Below are positions 1 to 10,345 of a DNA stretch of 64,000 bases, one piece after another. The stretch lies in assembly GCA_021108215.1 (NCBI GenBank), contig JAIORK010000036.1, forward strand, positions 22,948 through 86,947. Direction: 5' to 3'. Made by a program: the position numbers and the translations under genes. The notes beneath the pieces were generated by a model that worked only from the letters and a program-made list of their open reading frames with translations, had not been told where the DNA came from and did no database searches. This stretch comes from a bacterium (GTDB taxonomy: Bacteria > Oederibacteriota > JAAXVQ01 > JAUVAV01). Numbering within the stretch: the stretch's first letter is position 1; every line of letters begins with the position of its first letter.

Positions 1-7
1 ATCACTG

Positions 8-2194
8 ATGAAGTATTCTTTTTGGATTGGACCCGTTTTATTCTGCCTCATGCTCATCACGACGCTGCCGCAAACTGTTAGGGCGGTTCCCCAGGACGGT
101 ATGCGACGTTTTGCGGTGGTGGTCGGGGCCAATGACGGCGGTGAATCCCGCGTTCGTCTGCGCTATGCTGTATCCGATGCCCGGACCGTGATGAAACTTT
201 TTCAAAAAATCGGCGGCGTGTTTCCGCTTGATTGCCGGTTTTTGGTTGAACCCAACCGGGAGACCTTGCTCGCTTCCCTTCAATCACTTCAACGCAAGGT
301 TCGCAAAATTCACGGCCGGACCGGAAAAACCGAGATGATTTTTTACTACTCCGGGCATTCGGATGAAGAGTCCGTACTGCTGGGCGGCGAGAAAGTCTAT
401 TATACTGAAATCAAACATGCCATCGAAGCGGTGAATGCTGATGTACGCATTGCCATTTTGGACTCCTGCTCTTCCGGGGCATTCACCCGGATCAAGGGCG
501 GCAAGACCCGTCCGCCATTTTTGCTGGATGATGCCAACGACATGAAGGGTTCCGCATTTTTAACCTCGAGTTCCTCGGACGAGGTTTCCCAGGAATCGGA
601 CCGGCTGCGCAGCTCATTTTTTACTCATTATCTGGTTTCCGGCATGCGTGGTGCCGCGGATATGAGCCAGGATGGCAAGGTCACACTCAACGAAGCTTAT
701 CAGTATGCCTATCACGAAACCCTGATGAATACCGAAAAAACCATGAGCGGTCCGCAGCATCCCAATTATAACATTCAGATGACCGGCACGGGTGACGTCA
801 TCATGACGGATATCCGTCAGAGTTCGGCGATCATGGTGTTTGACAAAAGTATCCAGGGTCGTATCTTTATACGCGACCACGAAGACCGGTTGGTCCTGGA
901 AATGCGCAAATCCGACGGCAAGTCCATGCAGATCGGTCTCGAAGAAGGCGATTACACAATCAGCTACGAAATAAACCGTGCCTTGTATGCGGCCTCGGTC
1001 CATTTGACCCTTGGTCAGGAATTACACGTCGCAAAGGCGCAGTTTGAAAAAGTGATGCGTGAATCAACCGTGGCACGGGGTAACCCGGCAAAAGCGAAAA
1101 CCGCTTATAAAGACCCGGTGCTCTTTCATGCCGGGGATGCTCAAGTAGTCCCCTGGGATTTTATGTTGATGGCTGAACCGAAAGTCTATAAAAATATTTT
1201 GCATCACAATGCGATCGGACTTTTGGGTGTTTCGAGCGGCAAGGTTGACGGTATTTCCCTGGCTGTGGGGCCGAATATTATTCTTGAAAATAGCCGCGGC
1301 GCTCAAATCTCGGCAATCGGCAATGATACCGGTTGGGATATGCAGGGTGCCCAAATTGGCGGCATTTATAATTTTTTAGGTAAAAGATTGCATGGGGTCC
1401 AGGCAGCCGGGATTTTCAACCAACTGGGCGGTGATCTTCATGGCGTCCAGACAGCCGGTATCTTTAGTATTTGCCGGGGCAATGTCCGGGGTTTTCAAAG
1501 TAGCGGCGTTTATAATATGATTGAGGGCCGTGCCAATGCCGGGCAATTTGCCGGGATTTTCAACCTGACCCACGGCCCCTGCCGGGGAATTCAAGCGGCC
1601 GGGATGGTAAATATTGCAACTACTGAGATGGAAGGCGCTCAACTGTCCGGCGGGATCAATATTGTTCATGGAAAATCCCGGGGCGTTCAAATCGGCATTG
1701 TAAATATTGCAGATGAGCAAAACGGAGTCCCTATCGGTTTGGTCAATCTTGCAAAAAACGGCGGTGTGGGACTGACCACCTGGTGGGATAATCAGAGTGG
1801 TTTTAATCTCGGCGCTAAATTCAGAGCAGGACATTTCTATTCAATCATTGCCGGTAATAAAAAATCTGCGATGGATGATTCGGAAAATGCTTGGGGTGGC
1901 GGTTTTTATTATGGAGTTCAGATTCCTATCACACAAAAATATTATGTAGCAGCGGATACAGGCTTTGTTTTTATAAATCATCGCCCAACTGATACCTTCA
2001 CTGATGATGACTTGCAGATGGCCCAACTCCGGGTAATGGCAGGTGCAACCTTTTACCGGCGCCTTTCAGTATTTGGCGGAGTGGGTAGTGCCTATATTTA
2101 TCGCGCAGAAATTGGCTGGGAAAAAGAAGTATCGGAAAGCATTAAAAAAGATATGCGCCCCCTCTATCTGGCCGGTGCTACACTGCACTTTTAG
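8..2194 (+). CDS. Secreted caspase-family (peptidase C14, orthocaspase-like) protein with tandem ~20-aa Gly/Gln repeats and a C-terminal beta-barrel-like tail
   Basis: N-terminal signal peptide (MKYSFWIGPVLFCLMLITTLPQTVRA). His/Cys dyad context typical of caspase fold (YYSGHSDEE ... ILDSCSSGAF). Middle region has ~10 tandem ~20-aa repeats (G.Q.AGI.N...LHGVQ). C-terminus ends LYLAGATLHF with a terminal Phe, consistent with an outer-membrane beta-barrel signature. Confidence 0.6.
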   Translation: MKYSFWIGPVLFCLMLITTLPQTVRAVPQDGMRRFAVVVGANDGGESRVRLRYAVSDARTVMKLFQKIGGVFPLDCRFLVEPNRETLLASLQSLQRKVRKIHGRTGKTEMIFYYSGHSDEESVLLGGEKVYYTEIKHAIEAVNADVRIAILDSCSSGAFTRIKGGKTRPPFLLDDANDMKGSAFLTSSSSDEVSQESDRLRSSFFTHYLVSGMRGAADMSQDGKVTLNEAYQYAYHETLMNTEKTMSGPQHPNYNIQMTGTGDVIMTDIRQSSAIMVFDKSIQGRIFIRDHEDRLVLEMRKSDGKSMQIGLEEGDYTISYEINRALYAASVHLTLGQELHVAKAQFEKVMRESTVARGNPAKAKTAYKDPVLFHAGDAQVVPWDFMLMAEPKVYKNILHHNAIGLLGVSSGKVDGISLAVGPNIILENSRGAQISAIGNDTGWDMQGAQIGGIYNFLGKRLHGVQAAGIFNQLGGDLHGVQTAGIFSICRGNVRGFQSSGVYNMIEGRANAGQFAGIFNLTHGPCRGIQAAGMVNIATTEMEGAQLSGGINIVHGKSRGVQIGIVNIADEQNGVPIGLVNLAKNGGVGLTTWWDNQSGFNLGAKFRAGHFYSIIAGNKKSAMDDSENAWGGGFYYGVQIPITQKYYVAADTGFVFINHRPTDTFTDDDLQMAQLRVMAGATFYRRLSVFGGVGSAYIYRAEIGWEKEVSESIKKDMRPLYLAGATLHF

Positions 2195-2235
2195 GAAAGT
2201 TATATCAGTGACGATGTGTGATTGTCATAGCATGG

Positions 2236-2778
2236 CTATTTCTTAAATAACATTGTTATACTAAATGCAATATTGGGAGGTGTCTCTGTTTTGAATCCCA
2301 ATGCCTGTGCCACCTGTATGGTTTTTTCAAAATCATGTGCGGAAACATGGATTTTGGGCTCTGTAATCAGCAGCCGTCCCCCTGGCTTCAAGTTGCCAAA
2401 AATTTGCTTAAGAAATTCCTGTATATCCGGCACTTCATGCGCCACCCAGAATACATTGGCAAAATCGACTGCTACAGTAATATCGAGACTGTCCTGTCGG
2501 CACTGATGCAATACAATCCGGTCCGCCACCCCAAATTTTTTCGCGCGCTTTTGGGTCATGGACAGCATGGCTGCCTGCATATCCACTGCATGCACATGTC
2601 CCCGGCCCTGTAGGAGCCTGGCCAGCCGCAGGGTGGTAAATCCACCCCCGCAGCCGATATCCAGGACTTCCATGCCCGGTTTGATATAAGGACTGTAAAT
2701 TTTCTCTATATTGTGGATCAGATTGCGCACCGGATTGTCAAAAGTCCAGACAAACCACCAGGGACACACATGCGGCAT
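2236..2778 (-). CDS. Class I SAM-dependent methyltransferase
   Basis: Motif I VLDIGCGGGFTTLRLA and acidic motif II (HAVDM); 180 aa Rossmann-like MTase. Confidence 0.75.
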   Translation of the reverse strand: MPHVCPWWFVWTFDNPVRNLIHNIEKIYSPYIKPGMEVLDIGCGGGFTTLRLARLLQGRGHVHAVDMQAAMLSMTQKRAKKFGVADRIVLHQCRQDSLDITVAVDFANVFWVAHEVPDIQEFLKQIFGNLKPGGRLLITEPKIHVSAHDFEKTIQVAQALGFKTETPPNIAFSITMLFKK

Positions 2779-2878
2779 AAGATTTTCCTTTCAAATCATT
2801 TTTCCGGCCGGGTGTCCAACACCATACCGAGCAACATGCATCGGCTTCCCAAAGCCGCGATATGTTGTTGCCTGCACC

Positions 2879-3139
2879 TCACGACTTTCTTTTACACGTC
2901 GACCCGCCGAACAACGTATACAAGGGACAAAACCCTATAAAACTTGTCATTACAAAGACAACCGCAAACACCATGAGCACAATTCCCAGTGTCCCCTTTA
3001 AAACACCGCCGATAAACAAGCCGGTAATGACCAAAGCAATCACAATACGCAAAATACGATCAAGACTTCCCATATTCAATTTCATACCACACCTCCCGGA
3101 CTGCCTTAATGCTTGGGTAATTTTACAATGCTCTGCCAA
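2879..3139 (-). CDS. Small inner-membrane protein, DUF2892/YgaP-like
   Basis: 86 aa with two TM helices and a GFCPLYTLFGGSTC motif typical of DUF2892; immediately downstream of the MTase on the same strand. Confidence 0.45.
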   Translation of the reverse strand: MAEHCKITQALRQSGRCGMKLNMGSLDRILRIVIALVITGLFIGGVLKGTLGIVLMVFAVVFVMTSFIGFCPLYTLFGGSTCKRKS

Positions 3140-3367
3140 GAGATTCCAGCAATAAATGCTTGTAACCCTTTATGACCGCTGTATCTGTATAATCCTTACA
3201 TGTGCCCTGATTTTTTTTTCAAAATTTAATTCCCCCTCGGCTCACGTCCATTATGTTCGCACCGGCATAACAACTCGATTTATTGCGGATGATGTTTGAT
3301 TTTTAATCTTGTCTCATCCGGGTAAAAAATGCGACAATAAAATATTCGATTTTATTGGAGTGTTTCC

Positions 3368-4213
3368 ATGTTAAAACGTTTTTTTCTTATTTCATTGATA
3401 GCTTTATTTTTGCTGCCGGCGCTTGTCCAGGCCAAAAACCTGGTCCGGATTGGTGAAAACGCGATTGTTACAGTCGAACTGGAGTTACAAGATGTGGTTG
3501 TCATCAATGGCGATGCCGAAATTTCCGGCCGCGTACTGGGCAACGTGATTGTCATTGGCGGCGACATTGTGCTCAATCCCTCAGCGTATGTCAGCGGCGA
3601 TGTGGTCTGTCTGGGCGGCATCCTCAAGAGCAGCACCGCAGCGATCATCAAAGGCTCCAAAGTGGAAATCGGCGGGAAAATCAGCTGGAAATCACTCCCT
3701 TATTTTTCTATCGCAAAGCTTATGTTCCTTAGCTTCTTATATAAAATCTCTACCGCCGTTATCCTGGTACTGCTGTGTGTATTTTTTGTACTGATGTGGC
3801 CCAATCAAATCCGCTATGCCGCGCAAGAGGCTTCCCACGATCTGGTCAAATCCATTCTGGTGGGGATTTTTGCAGTCGCGTTGCTGGTTCCCCTGGGGAT
3901 CGGATTTGCCATTACCTTATTCGGACTCCCCATCGCCTTTGCCATTTTGGTTTTTCTCCTGATTGCCAGCTGGTTTGGCATTGCCAGTATGGCCTATCTG
4001 GTCGGCACAAAAATCTCCAACCGTTTCTCGCCTTTGGTCGCGGTTATTTTTGGCCTGCTCATTCTTAAATTTGTTCATTTCGTCCCCTTCATCGGCTTCA
4101 TCCTTTACTTCATTGCCATTTTGCCCGGTCTGGGCGCGATTCTCCTGACGCGGTTCGGCACCAACCGGCCCTGGATGGGATCCAAAAACGAAAAATCCTC
4201 TAAAAAAAAATAG
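3368..4213 (+). CDS. Bactofilin-like (polymer-forming beta-helical) domain protein with signal peptide and C-terminal 4-TM membrane domain
   Basis: Signal peptide (LLPALVQA). Repetitive G.V.GDVV/GNVIVIGGDIVL pattern resembling the bactofilin beta-helix. C-terminal half is strongly hydrophobic with multiple TM segments. Confidence 0.5.
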   Translation: MLKRFFLISLIALFLLPALVQAKNLVRIGENAIVTVELELQDVVVINGDAEISGRVLGNVIVIGGDIVLNPSAYVSGDVVCLGGILKSSTAAIIKGSKVEIGGKISWKSLPYFSIAKLMFLSFLYKISTAVILVLLCVFFVLMWPNQIRYAAQEASHDLVKSILVGIFAVALLVPLGIGFAITLFGLPIAFAILVFLLIASWFGIASMAYLVGTKISNRFSPLVAVIFGLLILKFVHFVPFIGFILYFIAILPGLGAILLTRFGTNRPWMGSKNEKSSKKK

Positions 4214-4379
4214 GTCCATCACGGCTGTCATTTGCATATCAAAATCCCGGCATGGTTCCTAGACTGTCCCTTGCACAAATTTATTTTAATAACCGGCATT
4301 TCAAGTAACAAATTCTCCACCTCCCGGTGTTTCACCAATAGAAGCAACAATCACCATTTTAAATATAGGAGGCACTATC

Positions 4380-5162
4380 ATGAGAAAAAAACTATCTATT
4401 CTGGCATGGGTCATTCCCCTATTCCTGGCTATGCAGATTCAGGCTGAGACCATGCCAACCGCAGTGGGCACACCAAGTCCTGCAGCAGAACAATCCGTCA
4501 TTCCTGAAACAACACCCACACCTGAGCCCCAACCGGTTGTTTCCAAGCCGGCAATGCTGACTGAGAAAGAAACCGCCATGATTGAAAATCCAGAATCATC
4601 CTACAAAATCAACAGCCTGTTTGAAGGCCGCATCACCTCAAACGGCGGATACGGTACTGCGGGTTATAAACCCACCCGTATCGACGGAGAGACCGGACAC
4701 ATGATCGGCGGCCGGGGTGGCTGGATCATTAACCATTCACTCATGATCGGCGGTGCGGGCTATAACCTGGCCGATTCCCAGATCCAGCGTGAGTTTGACG
4801 GTGAGATGAAGAAGCTCCATTTTGGTTACGGCGGTATTGAGTTGGGGTACACTTTTTTCTCGGATCAGTTGATCCATCTTGTGGTGCACACTTTGTTTGC
4901 CGGTGGCGGTATCGGCACCCTGGACAAAGTTTATGCTGATGAAGACGAAGACGGTAATAAAAAACATACTTGGGAAGGTCCGGTAGATACGGTCTTTGTG
5001 GTCGAACCCATGATCTATGCCGAGCTAAATGTAACCGAATGGTTCCGGGTCTGCCTGGGCGGCGGTTACCGGCATGTAGAAGGCTGTGAGCTCAAGGGCG
5101 TGAGCAATCAAGACCTGAGCGGTGCTTCCGCCGAACTACTCTTCAAATTCGGATATTTTTAA
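4380..5162 (+). CDS. Secreted probable outer-membrane beta-barrel protein with Pro/Thr-rich linker
   Basis: Signal peptide (FLAMQIQA), PT-rich linker, Gly/aromatic-rich alternating pattern, C-terminal FKFGYF with terminal Phe (outer-membrane protein signature). Confidence 0.45.
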   Translation: MRKKLSILAWVIPLFLAMQIQAETMPTAVGTPSPAAEQSVIPETTPTPEPQPVVSKPAMLTEKETAMIENPESSYKINSLFEGRITSNGGYGTAGYKPTRIDGETGHMIGGRGGWIINHSLMIGGAGYNLADSQIQREFDGEMKKLHFGYGGIELGYTFFSDQLIHLVVHTLFAGGGIGTLDKVYADEDEDGNKKHTWEGPVDTVFVVEPMIYAELNVTEWFRVCLGGGYRHVEGCELKGVSNQDLSGASAELLFKFGYF

Positions 5163-5770
5163 TCGTAAAAATCCACAGGCTTACCCGGCATTCGCCGGGC
5201 AAGCTGCCCATTGTATTCGCGCCGGCACGATAAAAAAACAACAACAAGGCCAGGCAGGACATATCCCCGGCTTGGCCTTGTTATATTTCCAGTAAATAGG
5301 CCACCCGCAAGCCGGCACGATAAACATCCGCCCAATGGGATTGCTGTTTGGCTTCAGGTTAATGAAAATCCTGCCAACGGATATTCCGGTGTTTCACATA
5401 ATCATCCCAGACGATCCGCTTGTGCTGAAGTCCGGCTGCCTGAAAAAACATTTCCAATGCAGGTATGGTGAGCAGCGTAAGCATACTTAAGGATTTCCCT
5501 TTGGAATCTTTCGCGCTTTCCTGCAGACAATAATCCCGTTTCTGCGTTTGGGAGCATTATAGCACCAACCCAAACTTTTCTCTGCGTCTGTAAAATGATT
5601 TTTTCATCAGTCTTTCGCCGGCATTCTTTTTTCCGTCCCCGCGTTACCTGTATTCGGCATTTCTATAAAAATGCATTAATGGGTTGATTTTTCTTTGAAA
5701 TATGGTAAAACGTCTATTCTCACGATCTTATTTATCCAAGACACATTCTCAATAGCTGGAGGGCACAAAC

Positions 5771-7702
5771 ATGACAGAACCAACTGTAGAAAAACTTGAA
5801 TTCAAAACTGAGGTCAGCCAACTGCTTGATCTTGTGGTCCATTCCCTTTACTCGCACAAGGATATTTTTCTGCGCGAGCTCATTTCCAATGCCTCGGATG
5901 CGATTGACAAACTCCGTTATCAGGCTGTAACCCAGAGTGATCTTACGGGTGATGATGCTGACTGGAAAATAAAAATCAGCCTGGACAAAGAAAACAACAC
6001 ACTCACCCTTTCCGACAACGGCATCGGCATGAATCATGATGATCTGGTCAATAATCTCGGTACCATTGCCAAATCCGGCACCAAAGAGTTTTTGGCCACC
6101 TTACAGCAAAGCAAGGATAATGTTAATCTCATCGGTCAATTCGGCGTAGGCTTTTATGCCTCCTTCATGGTCGCTGACAAGGTCGAGGTGGTTTCCAAGC
6201 CACCCCAGGACCCGGCGCACCGCTGGGTCTCGGACGGCAAACAGGGCTTTGAGATCACGCCGGATGACAAATCCAAGCGCGGCACGGATATTATCCTTCA
6301 TCTCAATGAAGAAAACCGGACCTATCTGGAAGAATATGAAATCCGCTCTCTGGTTAAAAAATACTCTGATTTTGTCGAGTTCCCGATTTTAATGGATGTG
6401 GAACGTGAGGAAACCCCGCAAGATGCCGAGGGCAAACCGATCGAGAATGCCAAACCAGAGAAAAAAATCATCACCGAGACGCTCAACTCTATGAAAGCAA
6501 TCTGGGCCAAACAAAAAAAAGATGTCACCCCGGAAGAATATCATGAATTTTACCGGCATGTTTCCCATGATTTCACCGATCCTCTAGAAACCATTCATTA
6601 TCACGCTGAGGGAACCATTGAATTCAAAGCCCTCATTTATATTCCCAGTCAGGCACCTTTTGATCTTTTTATGCGCGATTCCCAAAAGGGCATCCAATTA
6701 TATATCAACCGGATTTTTATCATGAGTGATGCCAAAAAACTTATTCCAGCATACCTGCGCTTTCTCAGAGGGGTTGTGGATACCAGTGATCTGCCGCTGA
6801 ATGTCTCGCGCGAAATGATTCAGCAGGATGCCCAGTTGGAAAAAATCAGTAAAAATATTGTCAAGAAAACCCTGGCTACACTCAAAACCATGAAGGATAA
6901 GGATTTTGATAAATATCTGAAATTTTACAAAACCTTCGGCACGGCATTAAAAGAAGGCTTGCACTATGATCATGATAACCGGGAAGCCATTGCCGAACTG
7001 CTGCTTTTTGAGAGCACCAAAACCGAGCCGGGTCAGCTGCGTTCCCTTGATCAGTATTGTTCGGATATGCCGTCTGAACAAACCGCCATCTATTATCATA
7101 CTGCCGAGGACCGGGCATTGGCACTCGCTTCGCCCTATCTGGAAACTTTCCAATCCAAAAATTGGGAAGTCCTGCTCATGTTGGAAGCCATTGATGAAAT
7201 TGTTCTGCCTGATCTTTTTGAATACAAGAAAAAACCGGTCAAACCGATCAATCGCGGGGATGTTGATTTAAGCAGCGAAGAAAAAGAAAAAGCCGAGGCA
7301 GCTCAAAAAAAAGCCAATGAAACCTATAAAGATCTACTCGCTTATATACAGAAAAAACTTGAAAATAATATCAAAGAAGTCCGTTTTTCAAAATTACTCA
7401 AAGACAGCCCGGCCTGCCTGGCATTGGATGATGCCGGCATGACCCGCCAAATGCAGGAACTCTTTAAAGCCATGGGCAAAGAGTCGCCTGAACAAAAAAA
7501 CATTCTGGAACTCAATCCCAATCATAAGGTTGTAGAAACCATGAACACGCTTTTCCAGGAAAACCAAGCCTCAGAAAAATTATCCGACTATGTCTCTTTG
7601 ATCTACGATCAGTCGCTGCTTACCGCCGGGTTCAAGGTCAAAGATCCCCTGGCATTTTCAAAAAGGCTGACACAATTGATGGTGGGACCAACCGCTTCCT
7701 AA
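5771..7702 (+). CDS. htpG: Molecular chaperone HtpG (Hsp90)
   Basis: N-terminal HATPase motif LRELISNASDAIDKLRY, GxGxG (GQFGVGFYS), 643 aa; canonical Hsp90 architecture. Confidence 0.95.
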   Translation: MTEPTVEKLEFKTEVSQLLDLVVHSLYSHKDIFLRELISNASDAIDKLRYQAVTQSDLTGDDADWKIKISLDKENNTLTLSDNGIGMNHDDLVNNLGTIAKSGTKEFLATLQQSKDNVNLIGQFGVGFYASFMVADKVEVVSKPPQDPAHRWVSDGKQGFEITPDDKSKRGTDIILHLNEENRTYLEEYEIRSLVKKYSDFVEFPILMDVEREETPQDAEGKPIENAKPEKKIITETLNSMKAIWAKQKKDVTPEEYHEFYRHVSHDFTDPLETIHYHAEGTIEFKALIYIPSQAPFDLFMRDSQKGIQLYINRIFIMSDAKKLIPAYLRFLRGVVDTSDLPLNVSREMIQQDAQLEKISKNIVKKTLATLKTMKDKDFDKYLKFYKTFGTALKEGLHYDHDNREAIAELLLFESTKTEPGQLRSLDQYCSDMPSEQTAIYYHTAEDRALALASPYLETFQSKNWEVLLMLEAIDEIVLPDLFEYKKKPVKPINRGDVDLSSEEKEKAEAAQKKANETYKDLLAYIQKKLENNIKEVRFSKLLKDSPACLALDDAGMTRQMQELFKAMGKESPEQKNILELNPNHKVVETMNTLFQENQASEKLSDYVSLIYDQSLLTAGFKVKDPLAFSKRLTQLMVGPTAS

Positions 7703-7705
7703 AAA

Positions 7706-7739
7706 ATCGCTTGGGCGGGATTTCCCCGCCCAAGCGATC
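7706..7739. terminator. Hairpin immediately after htpG stop (ATCGCTTGGGCGGG-ATTTC-CCCGCCCAAGCGAT)
   Basis: Perfect 14-bp stem inverted repeat 4 nt after the htpG stop, A-run upstream; lies between convergent htpG and SDR genes. Confidence 0.4.
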
Positions 7740-7864
7740 ACCTTGCCAAAACATCCTGTTCAACATGTAAAGAAATCCCCGCACTCTTGCCCGGCGGACT
7801 TGCCCAGCTTGCCCTGCGTATGCGGGGGCGAATGCCGGGTGCCGGGTCAAAACAAATGACCCTA

Positions 7865-8563
7865 CTAAAATTTCTGTTCCTCAGCCCCGTACCAGGTTTT
7901 GCCGGTCTCGCCAAACGGTTTAGCCAGTAATTCCAGAATCCGAACAGCGCCGTCAACCGGCTCGCCGGGCGCATTGGAACCACCCATATCAGTTTTAAGC
8001 CATCCCGGGTCCAGACTGTTGACCGCCACTTTACCCTGGAGTGCAGTGGCCCACATCATGGTCAATCCGTTCAAAGCGTATTTACTCAAACGATAGCTAA
8101 TCATATCTTTTTCCGTCTGCACCGCTTTTTTGGTTCCGGCACCGGACGAAACATTAATAATCCGGGGTTCCTGACCTTTTTCCAGCCAAGGCAGCAATGT
8201 CCTTATCATCTGCTGAGGACTGTACAAGTTGGTCCACATGGTTTTCTCCATGATTTCCAGGGTATCTTCCTTCGGATGAAGCGTATAGGTCATCACACCG
8301 GCATTATTAATCAGCACATCCAGGCTTCCCCAGTTTTCTTCGACCCAGCTTGCCGCTGCCTGGGCAGCATCAGGATTGCACACGTCGAGGACCAATCCCT
8401 GAAAATCCCCTTTCTCTTCGAGCAAAGCAGCGGTGACTGCCATGCGCTCCTTATCGCGCGAGATCCCCAAAAGGCGGACACCCTTTTCCAATAATAACTT
8501 CGCCGTCTCCCGCCCGATACCACGCGAAACACCGGTTAAAATAATTTTTTTATTTTTGAGCAT
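7865..8563 (-). CDS. Short-chain dehydrogenase/reductase (SDR) family oxidoreductase
   Basis: TGxxxGxG cofactor motif (LTGVSRGIGRE), NNAG, catalytic YxxxK (YRLSKYAL). Confidence 0.85.
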   Translation of the reverse strand: MLKNKKIILTGVSRGIGRETAKLLLEKGVRLLGISRDKERMAVTAALLEEKGDFQGLVLDVCNPDAAQAAASWVEENWGSLDVLINNAGVMTYTLHPKEDTLEIMEKTMWTNLYSPQQMIRTLLPWLEKGQEPRIINVSSGAGTKKAVQTEKDMISYRLSKYALNGLTMMWATALQGKVAVNSLDPGWLKTDMGGSNAPGEPVDGAVRILELLAKPFGETGKTWYGAEEQKF

Positions 8564-8606
8564 AATACCGCCTCACAAAAAAAACATATACTATTTTAAT
8601 GATTAT

Positions 8607-9167
8607 TCAACTCCAAACGATGTTCCATCTCCATTCCTGAGGATTGCCCTCATCAAGACTAACCCGAATATTTTTCAGCCCTAAAATATCTCCCATGCCA
8701 AAAAGATAACCAGTCATATACACGCGCATGTTGGCGTCATAGCCCGGAAAATCACGCAGAACAAAGACCGCCGTGTTTTTTCCCTCACTCTCGATTGAAG
8801 CCTCACCTTCCCGATAAAAACTATGCCATAATTGCGCCACCCGCTTGAAAATAAATTGCGGCGTAGGAATCCGAATAAAAATTTGATAAAACCGGGGCAA
8901 CCCTTCCTTGGCCATTATTTTTCCTGTCTCCCAGAGTGCTTTTTGCAGGTTCCCGGGAAAAAGGACTTTACAGCCTTCATATAAAAATGTTCCCTCATAT
9001 GCCAGTTCCGTCTCAATCCAGGAAATCGCCAGTGTCGTGGATTCCCATATTTTCAATGCTTCCGGCGAAAGATTTTTTTCGAGCTGTTTTATTGCCTCCG
9101 GCCCTTTGTCTTCAATCAATTTTTTAAGTATAATTAATCCGGTTCCTTTAATTTTTGTCATCGTCAT
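8607..9167 (-). CDS. Hypothetical protein (186 aa)
   Basis: Intact ORF with plausible codon usage; no family recognised from sequence. Confidence 0.35.
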   Translation of the reverse strand: MTMTKIKGTGLIILKKLIEDKGPEAIKQLEKNLSPEALKIWESTTLAISWIETELAYEGTFLYEGCKVLFPGNLQKALWETGKIMAKEGLPRFYQIFIRIPTPQFIFKRVAQLWHSFYREGEASIESEGKNTAVFVLRDFPGYDANMRVYMTGYLFGMGDILGLKNIRVSLDEGNPQEWRWNIVWS

Positions 9168-9306
9168 CTCCTGAGTGTGGGGGCCTGCCGCTTCATTTCA
9201 ACCGGTACTGAAGCAGACATTAGAACTATTCCCTGATAAATTCTGTATAATTTAAGTTTATGAGGGATAAAAGTGCTTTGTCAAGCGCCATATCCCCTCC
9301 CCGGCT

Positions 9307-9513
9307 TCAGACCTTTTGAGTCCGGTTATTTCTCATGATACCGGCGATGGAAAAAATGACTAAAACAATTGCAAGTACTGTCCCCGGGGTGATCACCTCC
9401 CCCAGAATAATCCATCCTAAAAAAACTGCGATGACTGGATTAACATAGGTATTGGTGGTAACCAGCTTGTATTTAAAAATGCCCGACCAATATCTTGATA
9501 CCAATACCTGCAA
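9307..9513 (-). pseudogene. Remnant of C-terminal EamA/DMT-family transporter segment
   Basis: 68-aa ORF NPVIAVFLGWIILGEVITPGTVLAIVLVIFSI resembles the last two TM helices of EamA-domain transporters. No upstream continuation; overlaps the mntP start region. Confidence 0.3.
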
Positions 9514-10030
9514 GAATCAACCCTCCCAATATTTCCATGCGTTTCCCCAAAGCCAAACCAAACCGGCAACCAATTTCCAATCCCACCACAGTCATCCCTG
9601 CCGCAACCAAACCAATCAATCCGGCCGGCCAAAAAATGGGTGTCTCAAGTACTGAAAACCCAATTCCAACAACCAAAGCATCAATGCTGGTTGCAATAGC
9701 CAAAGTTAATAAAATCCAACCCTTGGTTGGATCGCCAGATTTCCGCTTTCTATCCGCACCTTGCATACTATCCCAAATCATATGCAACCCCACCAGCAAC
9801 AGCAATATACAAGCAATCCAATGAGATATATCCCTGAAATATCCTACAAATACAGACGCAGCCTTCCAACCGATCACCGACATAGTAAACTGAAAAAATC
9901 CGAACGCCCCTGCCATTCTCATGGTTTGTGTTAAGTTCGGCCGGCATAATTTCACACCCGTGGCGATAGCTACTGCAAAGGCATCCATGCCTAAACCCAC
10001 AGCTACACCTAAAAGCATCCAAAATGACAT
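9473..10030 (-). CDS. mntP: Manganese efflux pump MntP
   Basis: 185 aa, two DUF204 repeats with GMDAFAVAIATG and SIDALVVGIGFS motifs, six TM helices; length and motifs typical of MntP. Confidence 0.85.
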   Translation of the reverse strand: MSFWMLLGVAVGLGMDAFAVAIATGVKLCRPNLTQTMRMAGAFGFFQFTMSVIGWKAASVFVGYFRDISHWIACILLLLVGLHMIWDSMQGADRKRKSGDPTKGWILLTLAIATSIDALVVGIGFSVLETPIFWPAGLIGLVAAGMTVVGLEIGCRFGLALGKRMEILGGLILAGIGIKILVGHF

Positions 10031-10068
10031 ATGATATCCCTCTTTGATGAAAATCCGTGTAACATTTC

Positions 10069-10098
10069 AAAAAAAAACGGCCCCCTTTAAGGGGGCCG
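10069..10098 (-). terminator. Rho-independent terminator downstream of the csp gene
   Basis: Perfect palindrome CGGCCCCCTTTAAAGGGGGCCG followed on the minus strand by a T-run (AAAAAAAAA on the plus strand). Confidence 0.6.
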
Positions 10099-10135
10099 TT
10101 TCAATCATTGGCAAAATTGAATATACTTGTTAAAG

Positions 10136-10345
10136 TTAGCCGATTTTGCGAACGTTGGCTGCCTGGGCGCCTTTCGGTCCCTGGACAATGTCGAATTCAA
10201 CTTCGTCGCCTTCGTTCAGGTTACGGAAGCCGTCACCCTGGATGGCTGAAAAATGTACAAATACATCTTCACCGCCATCGTTCTGTTCCAAAAAACCATA
10301 ACCTTTTGTTCCATTAAACCATTTTGTCTTACCTTGAACTGACAT
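10136..10345 (-). CDS. cspA: Cold-shock protein, CspA family
   Basis: [12 protein letters not shown] and [11 protein letters not shown] motifs. Start reassigned to the internal ATG ([11 protein letters not shown]) preceded by GGAGG; the listed ORF carries a 16-aa spurious extension. Confidence 0.85.
   Translation of the reverse strand: MSVQGKTKWFNGTKGYGFLEQNDGGEDVFVHFSAIQGDGFRNLNEGDEVEFDIVQGPKGAQAANVRKIG

Noticed and set aside
614-1834. Minus-strand ORFs (129, 96, 152 aa) inside the caspase-repeat gene
   Set aside because: Antisense to the long plus-strand ORF with signal peptide and coherent domain structure.
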